IMG/VR virus record: IMGVR_UViG_3300028048_002144 | Source: a virus | Lineage: Duplodnaviria; Caudoviricetes | Strand: one strand, 5' to 3' | Length of the DNA: 64,000 nucleotides | Translations under genes and position numbers: made by a program | In this document: piece after piece, positions 20,946 through 31,248 of the stretch | Layout: every line of letters starts with the position of its first letter | How positions within the stretch are numbered: position 1 is the first letter of the stretch | The notes under the pieces: model-generated | The model's input: only the letters and a program-made list of their open reading frames with translations | What the model was told of the DNA's origin: nothing | The model's database searches: none

Positions 20946-21166
20946 CTTTTATTACCTATAATATGATAATAAAAGTATATTTTGATTTATTTCTATAAGT
21001 ATAGATGATTATTTTAGTTACCTATAATATGGTATTTTAAGGCTAAATTTTATTCATTATTTTTGCAGCTAGTGTTAGCTTTTATTACCTATAATATGAT
21101 GATTAAGTATAGGAATAGGCGGTTATTTGCTTTATGTTAGAGTATTTTTATTACCTATAATATGGT
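20946..21166. repeat. 4 copies of TTACCTATAATATG at 66-67 bp period
   Basis: Cores start at 20952, 21018, 21085 and 21151 with non-identical spacers. Confidence 0.85.
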
Positions 21167-21591
21167 AAATATGTGGTTACAGGTAATTATTCTATCTCTG
21201 TACGGGAGAGTGTATGTATTGATATACGTTCGATTAGTTTCTATCCGCACATGAGAGGGATAGCCATTAGGTGAGGAATGGTATTATCTTTATCTGTGCC
21301 TATATGTCTTTCTTTATGCCACAGGGGATATATTACTGTGCGAGTGGTTTATTATTTAAGTGTAGGCAAGTATTATCTATGCTTCTCAGGAGAAGTAATG
21401 GCTATGATGATAGTAAAAGTATAGGCTTATGGTTATATCATATTTATTCTCTTATTTATAACCGAAAAGTATTCGTTTTTAATCATATGAGAAGTAATTT
21501 CTATGGAGAAGTGTATGATATACTACACTTTGATAAAGTGTAACACTTTAATCAAAAAACACCCTCTTAAAAACAAGAGGGTGTCCATACA

Positions 21592-22308
21592 TTAAAGTCC
21601 AGTAAAACAAATAAAGAACGACATTAATAACCAAGTAATCCAATATAGCTTTATAAAAAAATGATCATTCTTAAAATACTCTTCTGGTAGAAATCCAAAT
21701 AGTTCTGGTCTGTTAGATGAAGTATAAAGAATCATCTTTGAGCCTTCTTTATAAGCTTTTTCAGTAAATAATTCTACCTTTCTTAAAGGCATTCCCATTT
21801 TATTTGTACTGCTAGGAAATGTTCTAGCAGTTGTTCCATATGTTTCTAAAGCTTCTTTCTCAGTAACCCATACATATGTATTAAACTCATGTAGGTCTAA
21901 TGGTAACATACTTGAGAAAGTAACATCCTTTGTAGAAATAGTTTGACTATGCGCAGGCACACTTCTCTCTACCATTCCAAAGGTCTTTTTATCCTTTCTG
22001 TAAGGAATTCTACCCCATCTAGGGCCTTTCTTATTCTTTATGAAGTAATTAACGATATTTTCGTTGTTATCGTATACGTATCTCTTTCTACCCTTAAATA
22101 AAGTGCTTGCTGCCATTAAAAGCAAAAGAAAAACTATACCAGAAAGAACTTTATTGATAGTATTATACATACTATCTGGCAACCTCATATCATAAAGAAA
22201 ATATTCTACTGCATAGCAAATAACACATACAACGGGTGCAGCAAACATGTTAAATACGAAATAATCTCTTTCCTCTTTCTTATAAGCTTTATAATTAGTG
22301 TCCGACAT
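21592..22308 (-). CDS. membrane protein
   Basis: Three TM segments; promoter variant upstream. Confidence 0.6.
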   Translation of the reverse strand: MSDTNYKAYKKEERDYFVFNMFAAPVVCVICYAVEYFLYDMRLPDSMYNTINKVLSGIVFLLLLMAASTLFKGRKRYVYDNNENIVNYFIKNKKGPRWGRIPYRKDKKTFGMVERSVPAHSQTISTKDVTFSSMLPLDLHEFNTYVWVTEKEALETYGTTARTFPSSTNKMGMPLRKVELFTEKAYKEGSKMILYTSSNRPELFGFLPEEYFKNDHFFIKLYWITWLLMSFFICFTGL

Positions 22309-22430
22309 AACAATATCCTTTCTACTCTAAATAAGTATTATATTATATTCTATTCTATATATATAATATGACACTATCAAACTATTTTTTAGCATTTTTT
22401 CTTTCATATTTTTATTGAAGAGTATTAACG

Positions 22431-22682
22431 GTGTTTATAGAAAGAGTAAGAGGTACAGATATGGTTTACCCATCTAATGATCTGGTAGATACACTTTCCT
22501 CTAATACCCCTATGAAATCACCTATAGAGATTAATTTATTACGAGAGAAAAAGCGAAAACTTGAACGTGAACAGCATGAGTTGAATAAGGATAATGTCCA
22601 AAAATCAGCTTCTTATCGTAATAAACAGAAGGTTAAAGAAAAGGGTATTAAAGCTGCTCTTCTACCGGATTTTTACCGGTGA
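22431..22682 (+). CDS. hypothetical protein
   Basis: One of the few plus-strand ORFs; preceded by CTTTCATATT on the plus strand; start may be the later ATG. Confidence 0.5.
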   Translation: MFIERVRGTDMVYPSNDLVDTLSSNTPMKSPIEINLLREKKRKLEREQHELNKDNVQKSASYRNKQKVKEKGIKAALLPDFYR

Positions 22683-24032
22683 ATTGCTCCGACTTTTATA
22701 AGTCGGAGCTTCTTGCTTCAACCATTACTGCATTCCTAACAAGTTACCTTGTCGGCTCGTCTTACACAATGTCCACAAGCGTATAAGTTCGGGCTATTCC
22801 ATCCCTACTATAATATTTAGTTCTAATCTACTTCAGCCAGTAGTCGTAATCCTTCGTTTAGGATATTGATAGCTGCGTTTTGATCACGATCCATCGTAAG
22901 ACCACAATCGCATACCATTTTACGGATGGTTAAGTCTCTCATTTCTGGATGTTTTGTTCCACAACAATGACAAATTTGTGATGACGGGAACCACTTATCT
23001 ACTTTTACAAGATATTTGTTTCTTTCTGATAACTTATATTCAAGCATCGACAGAAACATACCATAACCGTTATCCAGAGTAGCTTTACCGTTCCCAAATC
23101 CTTTATTAGACATAGCTTGCATGTTTAAGGATTCCACACATACAACATCATACCGATTGGCTATCTCAGTAGATATCTTATGCAGATTATCCAGACGCTG
23201 ATTAGCAATATGTCTATGGATTTTGTTTACTTTACGGAGTTGTTTTATATAATTTTTGGACTTTACCTCGTGTTTTTTAGATCCTTGCATGCGGGATAGC
23301 CTACGCTGTGCTTTGGCAAGTTTATCATGACTCTCACGATAATATTTGTGATTAGTTCCTACGTTACCGTTGCTATCCACATATAAGCCATTAGAAGCGT
23401 AGTCTAATCCGATAGCATTGGTCTTATCTGCTACATAAAGATTTGTTATATTCGCAAACTCAAAAAGAATAGAAATATAATATTTGCCATCTGATTCTTG
23501 TGATACGGTAGCGGATTTAATAATCCAATCGCTATCAGGAATACGATGGATAACTGCTTTTACCTTACCAATCTTAGGAAGCTTGATATATTTATTCTCT
23601 ATGATAGCAACAGTGCCTTTTTGATTATTAGTAGTATAGGACTTTCGGCTATGTTTTGCAGACTTGAATTTAGGGAATCCGTTTTTCTTTTTGCGGGATT
23701 TACTAAATGCATTGCGAAATGCTTCCTGTAAATCCATTTGCTTATTAGCAAGAGCTAGACTATCCACTTCTTTGAGATAAGGATAATCTTTTTTGTATTT
23801 AGCAGGTGTAACAGTAGGGAACTTGCCAGTAGCCTTGTAACCTTCAATTTTATCGGAAAGCATAAGATTCCAGACCTTACGACAACAGCCAAAGGTTTTA
23901 GCAAACATAACAGATTGTTCAGTTGTCGGATATATTCTGTACTTAATTGCTCTATTCATTAACTACCTCATGCGATTCATTTTATCGCCTATACTGTGCT
24001 TATTGGTGAGGAAATCTCGTCCACGGTGACTC
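22679..24032 (-). mobile_element. TnpB-only IS200/IS605 element inserted after TTAT
   Basis: Right end: GCTCCGACTT..AAGTCGGAGC hairpin then TTCAC. Removing 22679-24032 gives a TAA stop in frame with the plus-strand ORF. Confidence 0.75.
22823..23959 (-). CDS. tnpB: RNA-guided endonuclease TnpB
   Basis: HTH_OrfB; RuvC GLDY, VES, DRDQNAA; zinc finger. Confidence 0.95.
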   Translation of the reverse strand: MNRAIKYRIYPTTEQSVMFAKTFGCCRKVWNLMLSDKIEGYKATGKFPTVTPAKYKKDYPYLKEVDSLALANKQMDLQEAFRNAFSKSRKKKNGFPKFKSAKHSRKSYTTNNQKGTVAIIENKYIKLPKIGKVKAVIHRIPDSDWIIKSATVSQESDGKYYISILFEFANITNLYVADKTNAIGLDYASNGLYVDSNGNVGTNHKYYRESHDKLAKAQRRLSRMQGSKKHEVKSKNYIKQLRKVNKIHRHIANQRLDNLHKISTEIANRYDVVCVESLNMQAMSNKGFGNGKATLDNGYGMFLSMLEYKLSERNKYLVKVDKWFPSSQICHCCGTKHPEMRDLTIRKMVCDCGLTMDRDQNAAINILNEGLRLLAEVD

Positions 24033-25482
24033 ATAATTCTAATTTGATTTCTTTTGCTTCAGCATTCTTTTCATAGATTTGTTTATTAACTAATGTCTGT
24101 GTTTGAGACAATAAAAATCTTACACCTAACTTATTTTTGAATGCCTTTTTAGCAATTTCTTTCTTTAAATCATCAGACATATATATTGATATATTATATT
24201 TGTCTGACATCTTTTTCTCTGGAGAGATTCGTTTATCACATAAAATCTTATAAAAATCCTCTTCTTTTAGTTCGTTTAATTCTGTAATAGATGTAATTCG
24301 TCCTGCTATTTCTGGGATAATCCCAAACTTGATAATATCGTCAATGCTTATCTCTTTATGTTCTGATGCATTGTTTTCTGAGCCAAATCCAATTGTATGT
24401 GGTTTATCTGTTTTTGCTTTATATAACATCTCAAAAGCACCTAAAAATACAAAAGAGATATTACTTGTATTAATAATTACCTTGCTATATTTATCAAAAT
24501 TAACAGTAACGTTAGTGCCTTCTATCATAGATAAGAATTCACCTTGTAATGTTCTATGTAACTGTTCTCCACCAGATGTTATTTTAGGCGAACACATTTT
24601 ATCAAATTCATCAAATACGATAATACTATGTTCTACGTCCTCTACACTCATTCCAGAAGCTAACATTTCTTCTAAAACAGAATATGATTTCTTATTGCCG
24701 GTAAATCCATCCGCAGTAATAGATGATACGTCATATATATAAATATTATTATTAAGCTTCTGTAATGTTCTCCATATTTCGGTTTTGCCAGATCCAGATG
24801 GCCCGATAAAAAGTGCATTTTCTTTAATATCTCGATTTCTTTCCCATAGAATCATAGCAGCTTGTTTCTTTGCTTCTTCCTGGGAAAATACAAAGTTATC
24901 TAAAAACTGCTTAATATCTTGTGGTTGTAATTTATCTTTGATAACATCTTTTAGATCTAAGCATAGACTAGGATCTATTTCACTTTTAATTTTATCCCAT
25001 TTTTTAGGCAAATATGTACTTAATACATTTTCATAATCTATTTCTGGGAGTTCTGGGGCATCATCACCATATAGGTTATCTAAATCTTCTATAGATTCCA
25101 TACTCCTAAAATCAGCTAAAGATAGATTATCAATGTCTACACCAGAGAATGTTTTAGATACTCCAAAAATATCTTCTTCTGTAACAATATTTGCGCCTTT
25201 TATAGTCAAAGCAACATCTATATTCCCCTCTATTTCTTTTTCACATAAGAATCCTTTATCTACAAGAGAATCAATAATCTCTTTAGAATAATCTTTTTCA
25301 TAATCATATGTTTGCTCTAACATATTTAACATATCATCCAAATTGATAAATAATACTGGAACATAATTAGGATCCATTTCTGCGTTAATTGTGATTTCTG
25401 CCCAGTATCGAGAAAGCATGATACAATATAGGCGCAGCATTCTTTTTTCGTTGTCTGTTAGTTTCTCTTTTATATTATCCAT
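24031..25482 (-). CDS. ClpX-like AAA+ ATPase with divergent N-terminus
   Basis: QEEAKK, GPSGSGKTE, IIVFDEFDK, QGEFLSMIEG, FGIIPEIAGR, LGVR. Confidence 0.85.
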   Translation of the reverse strand: MDNIKEKLTDNEKRMLRLYCIMLSRYWAEITINAEMDPNYVPVLFINLDDMLNMLEQTYDYEKDYSKEIIDSLVDKGFLCEKEIEGNIDVALTIKGANIVTEEDIFGVSKTFSGVDIDNLSLADFRSMESIEDLDNLYGDDAPELPEIDYENVLSTYLPKKWDKIKSEIDPSLCLDLKDVIKDKLQPQDIKQFLDNFVFSQEEAKKQAAMILWERNRDIKENALFIGPSGSGKTEIWRTLQKLNNNIYIYDVSSITADGFTGNKKSYSVLEEMLASGMSVEDVEHSIIVFDEFDKMCSPKITSGGEQLHRTLQGEFLSMIEGTNVTVNFDKYSKVIINTSNISFVFLGAFEMLYKAKTDKPHTIGFGSENNASEHKEISIDDIIKFGIIPEIAGRITSITELNELKEEDFYKILCDKRISPEKKMSDKYNISIYMSDDLKKEIAKKAFKNKLGVRFLLSQTQTLVNKQIYEKNAEAKEIKLEL

Positions 25483-25584
25483 AAAAACCTCTTTTTATTT
25501 TTAATATGACTTGATATCCTAGGTTTTCTCTGTTTTTAGCGCAAAAATAAAACCAGAGATTTCTCTCTGGTTTTATAATTAACA

Positions 25585-27321
25585 TTAATCCCTTGAATAC
25601 TTGTCTACAGCTCCTATTGTTTTAGCTTCTGCTGATACTTTTATATCCAATAGATATGCTTTGTTCGTCTTATCATCTATTACATGTACTTCATAGCCAT
25701 TTTCATCTTCGAATTCCTTTAATTTTGCATATGTTTCTGGCCACTCTTTAGAGTATAAAGAGTCAACATGGAATAGCAAATGAGATGACTTCTTTTTTAA
25801 CGGTTCAGCATTTTGAGCAAAAGCTACATATGTTGTAGTTGCAACTTCATCACTATTATCATTATCATTCTGATCTTCTTTAATCAGAACGTTTAATCGA
25901 ATAGCATTGTTTTTCTTTAGCAAGATCTCATTTTTATTAATGAATTTCTCAAAACATAATACTCTTATAGAATCTGTTTTATCTTCCAAATCAAACATAA
26001 CCATTGATTTTCCGGTTTTAGTCTTTTTATACTCTAAATTTGTGATAATACCAGATATATATTCAGTATTTAGTTCTACATTCTCAATAGGCTTATCAAC
26101 TACGTTATAGTATTCAATCGGATGATTAGTAATAAAAGCACCAATAAGTTCCTTTTCCTTCATCAATGCTTCGTAATCATCTTCTTTTGAACTCTCTAAA
26201 TGATATATTTCTACATCATTCATTTCTGCTAATAATGCGTTAACACTATTTTCAGCATTCTGGATTTTTTTCTGAATAGAGTCTACTGTAGGAATTTTAT
26301 TGTTTGTAATAATATTACTAATAGCGATATTATTTTCGGTTAATATCTCTTTAAATTCATTTATATTATTACCTTTATATGATTCCACTAAAGGTTTTGT
26401 ATTTTTTAGCGCTACCAATTTTTTCTTTTTATCTTTCATAGTTTTTCGTAGTGCTAATAACTCTTTAACTGGAGTAAACTCCTCTTCACTAGCATCATAA
26501 TCCAGATCTATGTTCGAATATCCCAGACTTCTAAAAGCCCCAATATCTATTAAGTTTTTAATAGTTGCATCTTCAATAGAAGTACATCTATTAATAAAAT
26601 CCTTAAAGCTTCTAAATGGACCGTCTTTTTTTCTGGTTAATAGAATATGTTTAACATCATCAGTTTTTAGTCCCTTAATCATATTAAAACCTAGAATTAT
26701 AGTAGGCGTTTCTCTTTCTCCTACTACAATACATTTAGCATTAGATTTATTGATATCTGGTGTAGAAACTGACACTTTAAAGTCTTTTGCATCTTCTATG
26801 ATACCGTTTATTTTTTCTAGCTTATCAGTATGATCAAGAATTGATGCAAAATATTCTCCTGGATAATAATATTTGAGTGCTGCTGTTTTGAATGAAGTTA
26901 GTGCATAACAAGCCGCATGAGATTTATTAAAGGCATATTTTGCGAATTTGAGCATTTTTTCGAATAGATCTTCTGCTACTCTTTTGCTTTCCTCTGGAGT
27001 ATCACAGATTTTTCTATCTATGCAGCCTTTAATAAAAATTTCTCTTTCAGCTAAAATCTCATCTTCATGCTTTTTAGACATGGCTCGTCTAACTATATCA
27101 GCTTTGCCAAGTGTATAATTCGCAAGTTCACAGAAAATCTGCATTACCTGTTCCTGGTATACAATTACAGAATATGTTTCGCCCAAAATAGGCTTTAATA
27201 ATTCTGTATCATACTTAACATTAGCATTTTTCTTATTCTTAATATAGTTAGGGATTTCGTCTATAGGCCCTGGTCTATACAAAGCATTCATAGCTATCAA
27301 GTCTTCAAATTTTAGACTCAT
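25585..27321 (-). CDS. dnaE: DNA polymerase III alpha, C-terminal fragment (fingers, HhH, OB)
   Basis: FEDLIAMNALYRPGP, VYQEQVMQ, YAFNKSHAACY, LKYYYP, PDINKS, EKELIG..ITNHP. Confidence 0.95.
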   Translation of the reverse strand: MSLKFEDLIAMNALYRPGPIDEIPNYIKNKKNANVKYDTELLKPILGETYSVIVYQEQVMQIFCELANYTLGKADIVRRAMSKKHEDEILAEREIFIKGCIDRKICDTPEESKRVAEDLFEKMLKFAKYAFNKSHAACYALTSFKTAALKYYYPGEYFASILDHTDKLEKINGIIEDAKDFKVSVSTPDINKSNAKCIVVGERETPTIILGFNMIKGLKTDDVKHILLTRKKDGPFRSFKDFINRCTSIEDATIKNLIDIGAFRSLGYSNIDLDYDASEEEFTPVKELLALRKTMKDKKKKLVALKNTKPLVESYKGNNINEFKEILTENNIAISNIITNNKIPTVDSIQKKIQNAENSVNALLAEMNDVEIYHLESSKEDDYEALMKEKELIGAFITNHPIEYYNVVDKPIENVELNTEYISGIITNLEYKKTKTGKSMVMFDLEDKTDSIRVLCFEKFINKNEILLKKNNAIRLNVLIKEDQNDNDNSDEVATTTYVAFAQNAEPLKKKSSHLLFHVDSLYSKEWPETYAKLKEFEDENGYEVHVIDDKTNKAYLLDIKVSAEAKTIGAVDKYSRD

Positions 27322-27424
27322 TTTTTAATTCCTCCTTTTTATCATTAAAAATCTACTTATAATATGAAAGATTAATAAGTCAATTTATCAAAAAAGCCCT
27401 GGGAATAATCCCAAGGCTTTTACA

Positions 27425-29512
27425 TTACTTGCTGTTTAAATAGAATGCTTTGAAGATATCAATCAATTTATCAGCTAGTTTGTTTGGTTCACATGCAATA
27501 AATTGCTTTCCATACATTTTACTATATGTATCCAAAATCTCTTTATTATAACTGTCATTCATATCCAAATACTCTGAGATATAAATAGGTACAACTATAA
27601 TACCATTTTCCCTAGCAATTCTAACAGCTTCCTGTACATCATATGCTGGATTAATTTCGGTAGAATTATAATCCGTAGGAAGACCATCTGAAATAATTAC
27701 AAATATCTTCTTTTCTTCTGGACGATTAAGGAGTTCTTTTGTGGCAATTCTGATTGAATATCCATCTTTATTTCCACATTCAGCATCTAATGCCTTTAAG
27801 AAATTGAATGAATTAGAATTACTCTGTACTTCATCAAACTCTTTTACACATCTATGAATAACGTTATTATCACTGCATGTAAATGATGTGATTTTAAGAG
27901 GCATTAATTCTTTAAATGCTTCTTCAATTAAAGTCGATGCTCTACATGCTAACTCTCTTTTACTTCCATACATAGAACCTGAATTATCCTGCAAGATATA
28001 TGCGACTCCGTCAAATTCTTTTTCGTCAATTTCACGTTCAAAGAATTCTGTTTCACCTAGAATCATCTTGTACAGATCATCTTCACAAACGTCTCCTCGT
28101 GTTAAATCTGTTTCGATTGACTTCTGGTTACGAAGAATCTGCATTAATTCCTGTTTAACTTTCTGAGCATTTGCCTGGATATCTGTAGGCGTTGGATAAT
28201 TCAACTTATATTCTCTAGGCAATTCTTTAAAAGTAACATCTGGATCATACAGTTTTCCTTCTGATTTTTCTAATGATGGTGGAGTTGGATTCATTTTAAC
28301 AGGCTTTTCCATAACGCTTTTTTGAGAATCAATTTTACTCTTTTCCTTTTCAGAAACTGCATCTAAGCTTTCCTGGGCTTCTTTTACATCCTCTTCTGAT
28401 GGTGTACTTTTAGCTGAATCTTTAAGCTTTTCTTTAACATCTTTGCCTTTAGCTTCATCTCCCTTATCTTTTTCTTCTTTTTTATCGCTTGATGAATCAA
28501 AGATATTAAATCCATTCATAGATATATCTTCGCCAGTTTCATCATCGCTCTCTTCATTCGGAGAAAAGTTTTTAGGAAGATTATCGTATCCTTTTGCATC
28601 TGTTGAAAACATTTTAGCAATAGCACCAAGCATATTTTCAACTTCTTCAGCATCTAGTTTTACAGCTTCTAAGAATAGATCGTAGAGCTTGTTTTCGATT
28701 TCTAAAGATTTCTTCATTACTGTCATTGTTGTTTTGGCAGTAACTGATGTACCGATATCCATAAGCATTGAATCTAAAAGAGTATTAACTTCACCATCTT
28801 CTTTTACTGTATCTGCATAGTTTTTCATATACAGGCCCGATGTTGATAATGAAAGAATCTGATTTAGAATAATCTGGAGTTTTTCAATAGCGGTTAAGTC
28901 TTCCTCTTTATGTGGAAGCTTAAATTCTGCGCTATTGTAACTCTTGTTTCGGCTTACTAACAACTGGTTTTTAAAGTTATTAGATATCTCCATCTGTTTT
29001 CTTTCAATACGTCCATCTTCCATAGCATTACAGATAAAATGGTTAAATTCTTTGATTAAAGGAAGATTGATATAAATCTTTTCCTTTTCTCGCAAATACT
29101 TCAAGAATTTATCGTAATCTTCGTCTTTCTTAAAGCATCTAGTTTTACCTTCATACTTCGTTGACATATAGACAAAAAACGATTTTAAACCGGTTTTAAG
29201 TCCCCACATCCATGATCTAGCTGATGTATGTAAGATATGCCCAATCTCATGTCCAATAAGATACTTAATAACCAATACAAATTCTTTTTCATCTTTGCAT
29301 TCAACTATTAGTGGATTGCTTAATCCAATGTTAATGCACGGTGTGTTTTCATCATTATCAGTATAAACATCCTCAGAAAAATCCATTGTTAAACAAATTT
29401 CTTTGTCGATGTTATTAAGTATCCCCCATACTTTGACTTCACTATCAAATATGTTGTAATACTTATACCATTGCTTCTCAATAGCTTCAATATCTACAAT
29501 TTTAACGTTCAT
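27425..29512 (-). CDS. VWA-domain protein with N-terminal HExxH domain (CobT/NorD-like MoxR partner)
   Basis: HEIGH, NAMEDGRIE; MIDAS DNSGSM and ISDGLP. Confidence 0.85.
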   Translation of the reverse strand: MNVKIVDIEAIEKQWYKYYNIFDSEVKVWGILNNIDKEICLTMDFSEDVYTDNDENTPCINIGLSNPLIVECKDEKEFVLVIKYLIGHEIGHILHTSARSWMWGLKTGLKSFFVYMSTKYEGKTRCFKKDEDYDKFLKYLREKEKIYINLPLIKEFNHFICNAMEDGRIERKQMEISNNFKNQLLVSRNKSYNSAEFKLPHKEEDLTAIEKLQIILNQILSLSTSGLYMKNYADTVKEDGEVNTLLDSMLMDIGTSVTAKTTMTVMKKSLEIENKLYDLFLEAVKLDAEEVENMLGAIAKMFSTDAKGYDNLPKNFSPNEESDDETGEDISMNGFNIFDSSSDKKEEKDKGDEAKGKDVKEKLKDSAKSTPSEEDVKEAQESLDAVSEKEKSKIDSQKSVMEKPVKMNPTPPSLEKSEGKLYDPDVTFKELPREYKLNYPTPTDIQANAQKVKQELMQILRNQKSIETDLTRGDVCEDDLYKMILGETEFFEREIDEKEFDGVAYILQDNSGSMYGSKRELACRASTLIEEAFKELMPLKITSFTCSDNNVIHRCVKEFDEVQSNSNSFNFLKALDAECGNKDGYSIRIATKELLNRPEEKKIFVIISDGLPTDYNSTEINPAYDVQEAVRIARENGIIVVPIYISEYLDMNDSYNKEILDTYSKMYGKQFIACEPNKLADKLIDIFKAFYLNSK

Positions 29513-29614
29513 ATTTTCTCCTTTCTTATCTTAAAATTTCATCTTAAATATGAATGATTTTTTGTATAAAAAAAGATAGATATAGCATAAACTATATCTA
29601 TCTTTCTGTTTCAA

Positions 29615-31156
29615 TTACATATCACCGATGATATTGTTAATCAAATTGAGAATAACATCATTTCCAGCATCTGATGTTGCATTAACTACACATGTAGTAA
29701 TAGCCTTTGATAGCTTTGTCATAGGCATTTCCAGACCTTTTGTATTTACCATTACAGCAGCTGTTTCATTAAGTGCTCTTACGAAACCTCGAATATTAAG
29801 AGTATCATCTGAAATATTTCCCTTCTGGTTTGCGTCCTGGAACTTAATGTACAATTCATTACACTTCTCAAAATACTTGCGTGGCAGTCTAGTTTTAGTG
29901 TATTCCTCACATGATTCCATTAAGATATTTAAAATATCCTTATGATATGGGAATTTTACAACATCAAATCTTGACATTGTAGCTGCATCAAGTCTATTTG
30001 TAGATGTGTAATTGCTACCTACATTCTGTGTTCCGATAATAAAGAAATCCTTATTAATTTCTACTGTTCCAGACTTTGCATAGAAAGTTTTACTACCATC
30101 TGCAAAAGGATGCAGGGCTGCTACAGTATTGCTATTACCGTGGTTGATCTCATCTGCGAAATATGGGATTCCTACAGGAGCAGCCTGGAGAAGATTTCCT
30201 CTTTCTGTTCCTAATCTAGGAGCCATTGAACAGTCTTTAGCGTAATTATATGCAATTAGCAGTTCTTTTTCCTCTGGAGTAAGATCTGACATTTTTTTCT
30301 CATTAAGCTTTAAGCTCAATTCGATTTCAATAGCCTTATTTGCTTTTTCAGAGTCAAATGCATCAAGTGCTGATGGTACAGTAGTCTTTGTTTCAAACAA
30401 GTCATTAGCAGTCATTTTGTTATTCAGGATATCTTTTCTATATGGAAGATTTAATATCCAACAAATAGTCTCTGCCATTACACCTTTTCCTGTAGACTTA
30501 TCACCTTCAAAGATAAATGAAGATCCAGCTAATGCTTTACCGAGAACCATAGTGACAATACTCTCTTCTTTATAGAAGTTGATATTATCGTATGTATCTA
30601 CGAACTTAGCCTTTGGCTTAGAACCCTTTTCTTCTCTATTATGAGAAATCCAGTATTCAATTACTGACATAATGAGTTCCTTTGGAGCTGGGATTCTTAG
30701 ATACTTCTTTGATTCCAGATATTCTACAATCTCCATAGCATTGTCTTCATCAATGCAACCCTGGGCTACAGCTTCTTTTACTTTAGATACAATATCACTA
30801 GAAGACTCTACTTTAGTAGTAGTTGTCTTTCCTTTAGAAGCAACCTTTTTATCCTTCACCTTTACAGTAAAAGATACCAGCTGACCACCGTTTTCTTCAT
30901 ATGTATCTTTTGTAATTGAAAAATCAAATGTTAAAGCCATTTTGAGTGTATTCAGATCAACTGTTTCACCAGAATCATTATCAACTACACTCTCTACAAA
31001 TCCAACAGTAGTATCCTTATAATCCATAAGAATTCTAGGCTCTACAAGCTTGAATTCAAAAGCTGCATTCTTTACGCTATTAGCTGTAAAGTCTTTTAAA
31101 AGAACATCTCTCTGTGGATACATAAATGGTGTTTTAATTGTAATGTTATAATTCAT
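29615..31156 (-). CDS. MoxR/CbbQ/NorQ-type AAA+ ATPase
   Basis: GDKSTGKG, FADEIN, IGTQN..Y..TNRLDAATMSRF. Confidence 0.85.
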   Translation of the reverse strand: MNYNITIKTPFMYPQRDVLLKDFTANSVKNAAFEFKLVEPRILMDYKDTTVGFVESVVDNDSGETVDLNTLKMALTFDFSITKDTYEENGGQLVSFTVKVKDKKVASKGKTTTTKVESSSDIVSKVKEAVAQGCIDEDNAMEIVEYLESKKYLRIPAPKELIMSVIEYWISHNREEKGSKPKAKFVDTYDNINFYKEESIVTMVLGKALAGSSFIFEGDKSTGKGVMAETICWILNLPYRKDILNNKMTANDLFETKTTVPSALDAFDSEKANKAIEIELSLKLNEKKMSDLTPEEKELLIAYNYAKDCSMAPRLGTERGNLLQAAPVGIPYFADEINHGNSNTVAALHPFADGSKTFYAKSGTVEINKDFFIIGTQNVGSNYTSTNRLDAATMSRFDVVKFPYHKDILNILMESCEEYTKTRLPRKYFEKCNELYIKFQDANQKGNISDDTLNIRGFVRALNETAAVMVNTKGLEMPMTKLSKAITTCVVNATSDAGNDVILNLINNIIGDM

Positions 31157-31248
31157 TATAATCTCCTTTCAAACTTAAAAATTCTAATACTAATATGAAT
31201 GATTTTTATAATAAAAAAATAAGAGTAGGAAATCCTACTCTTATTTTC

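Noticed and set aside
20946-21170. Canonical CRISPR array
   Set aside because: Only a 14-nt exact core, non-palindromic, no cas genes; kept as an unexplained array.
21271-21543. 90-aa plus-strand ORF
   Set aside because: No recognisable motif and atypical composition in a gene-poor island; cannot be supported.
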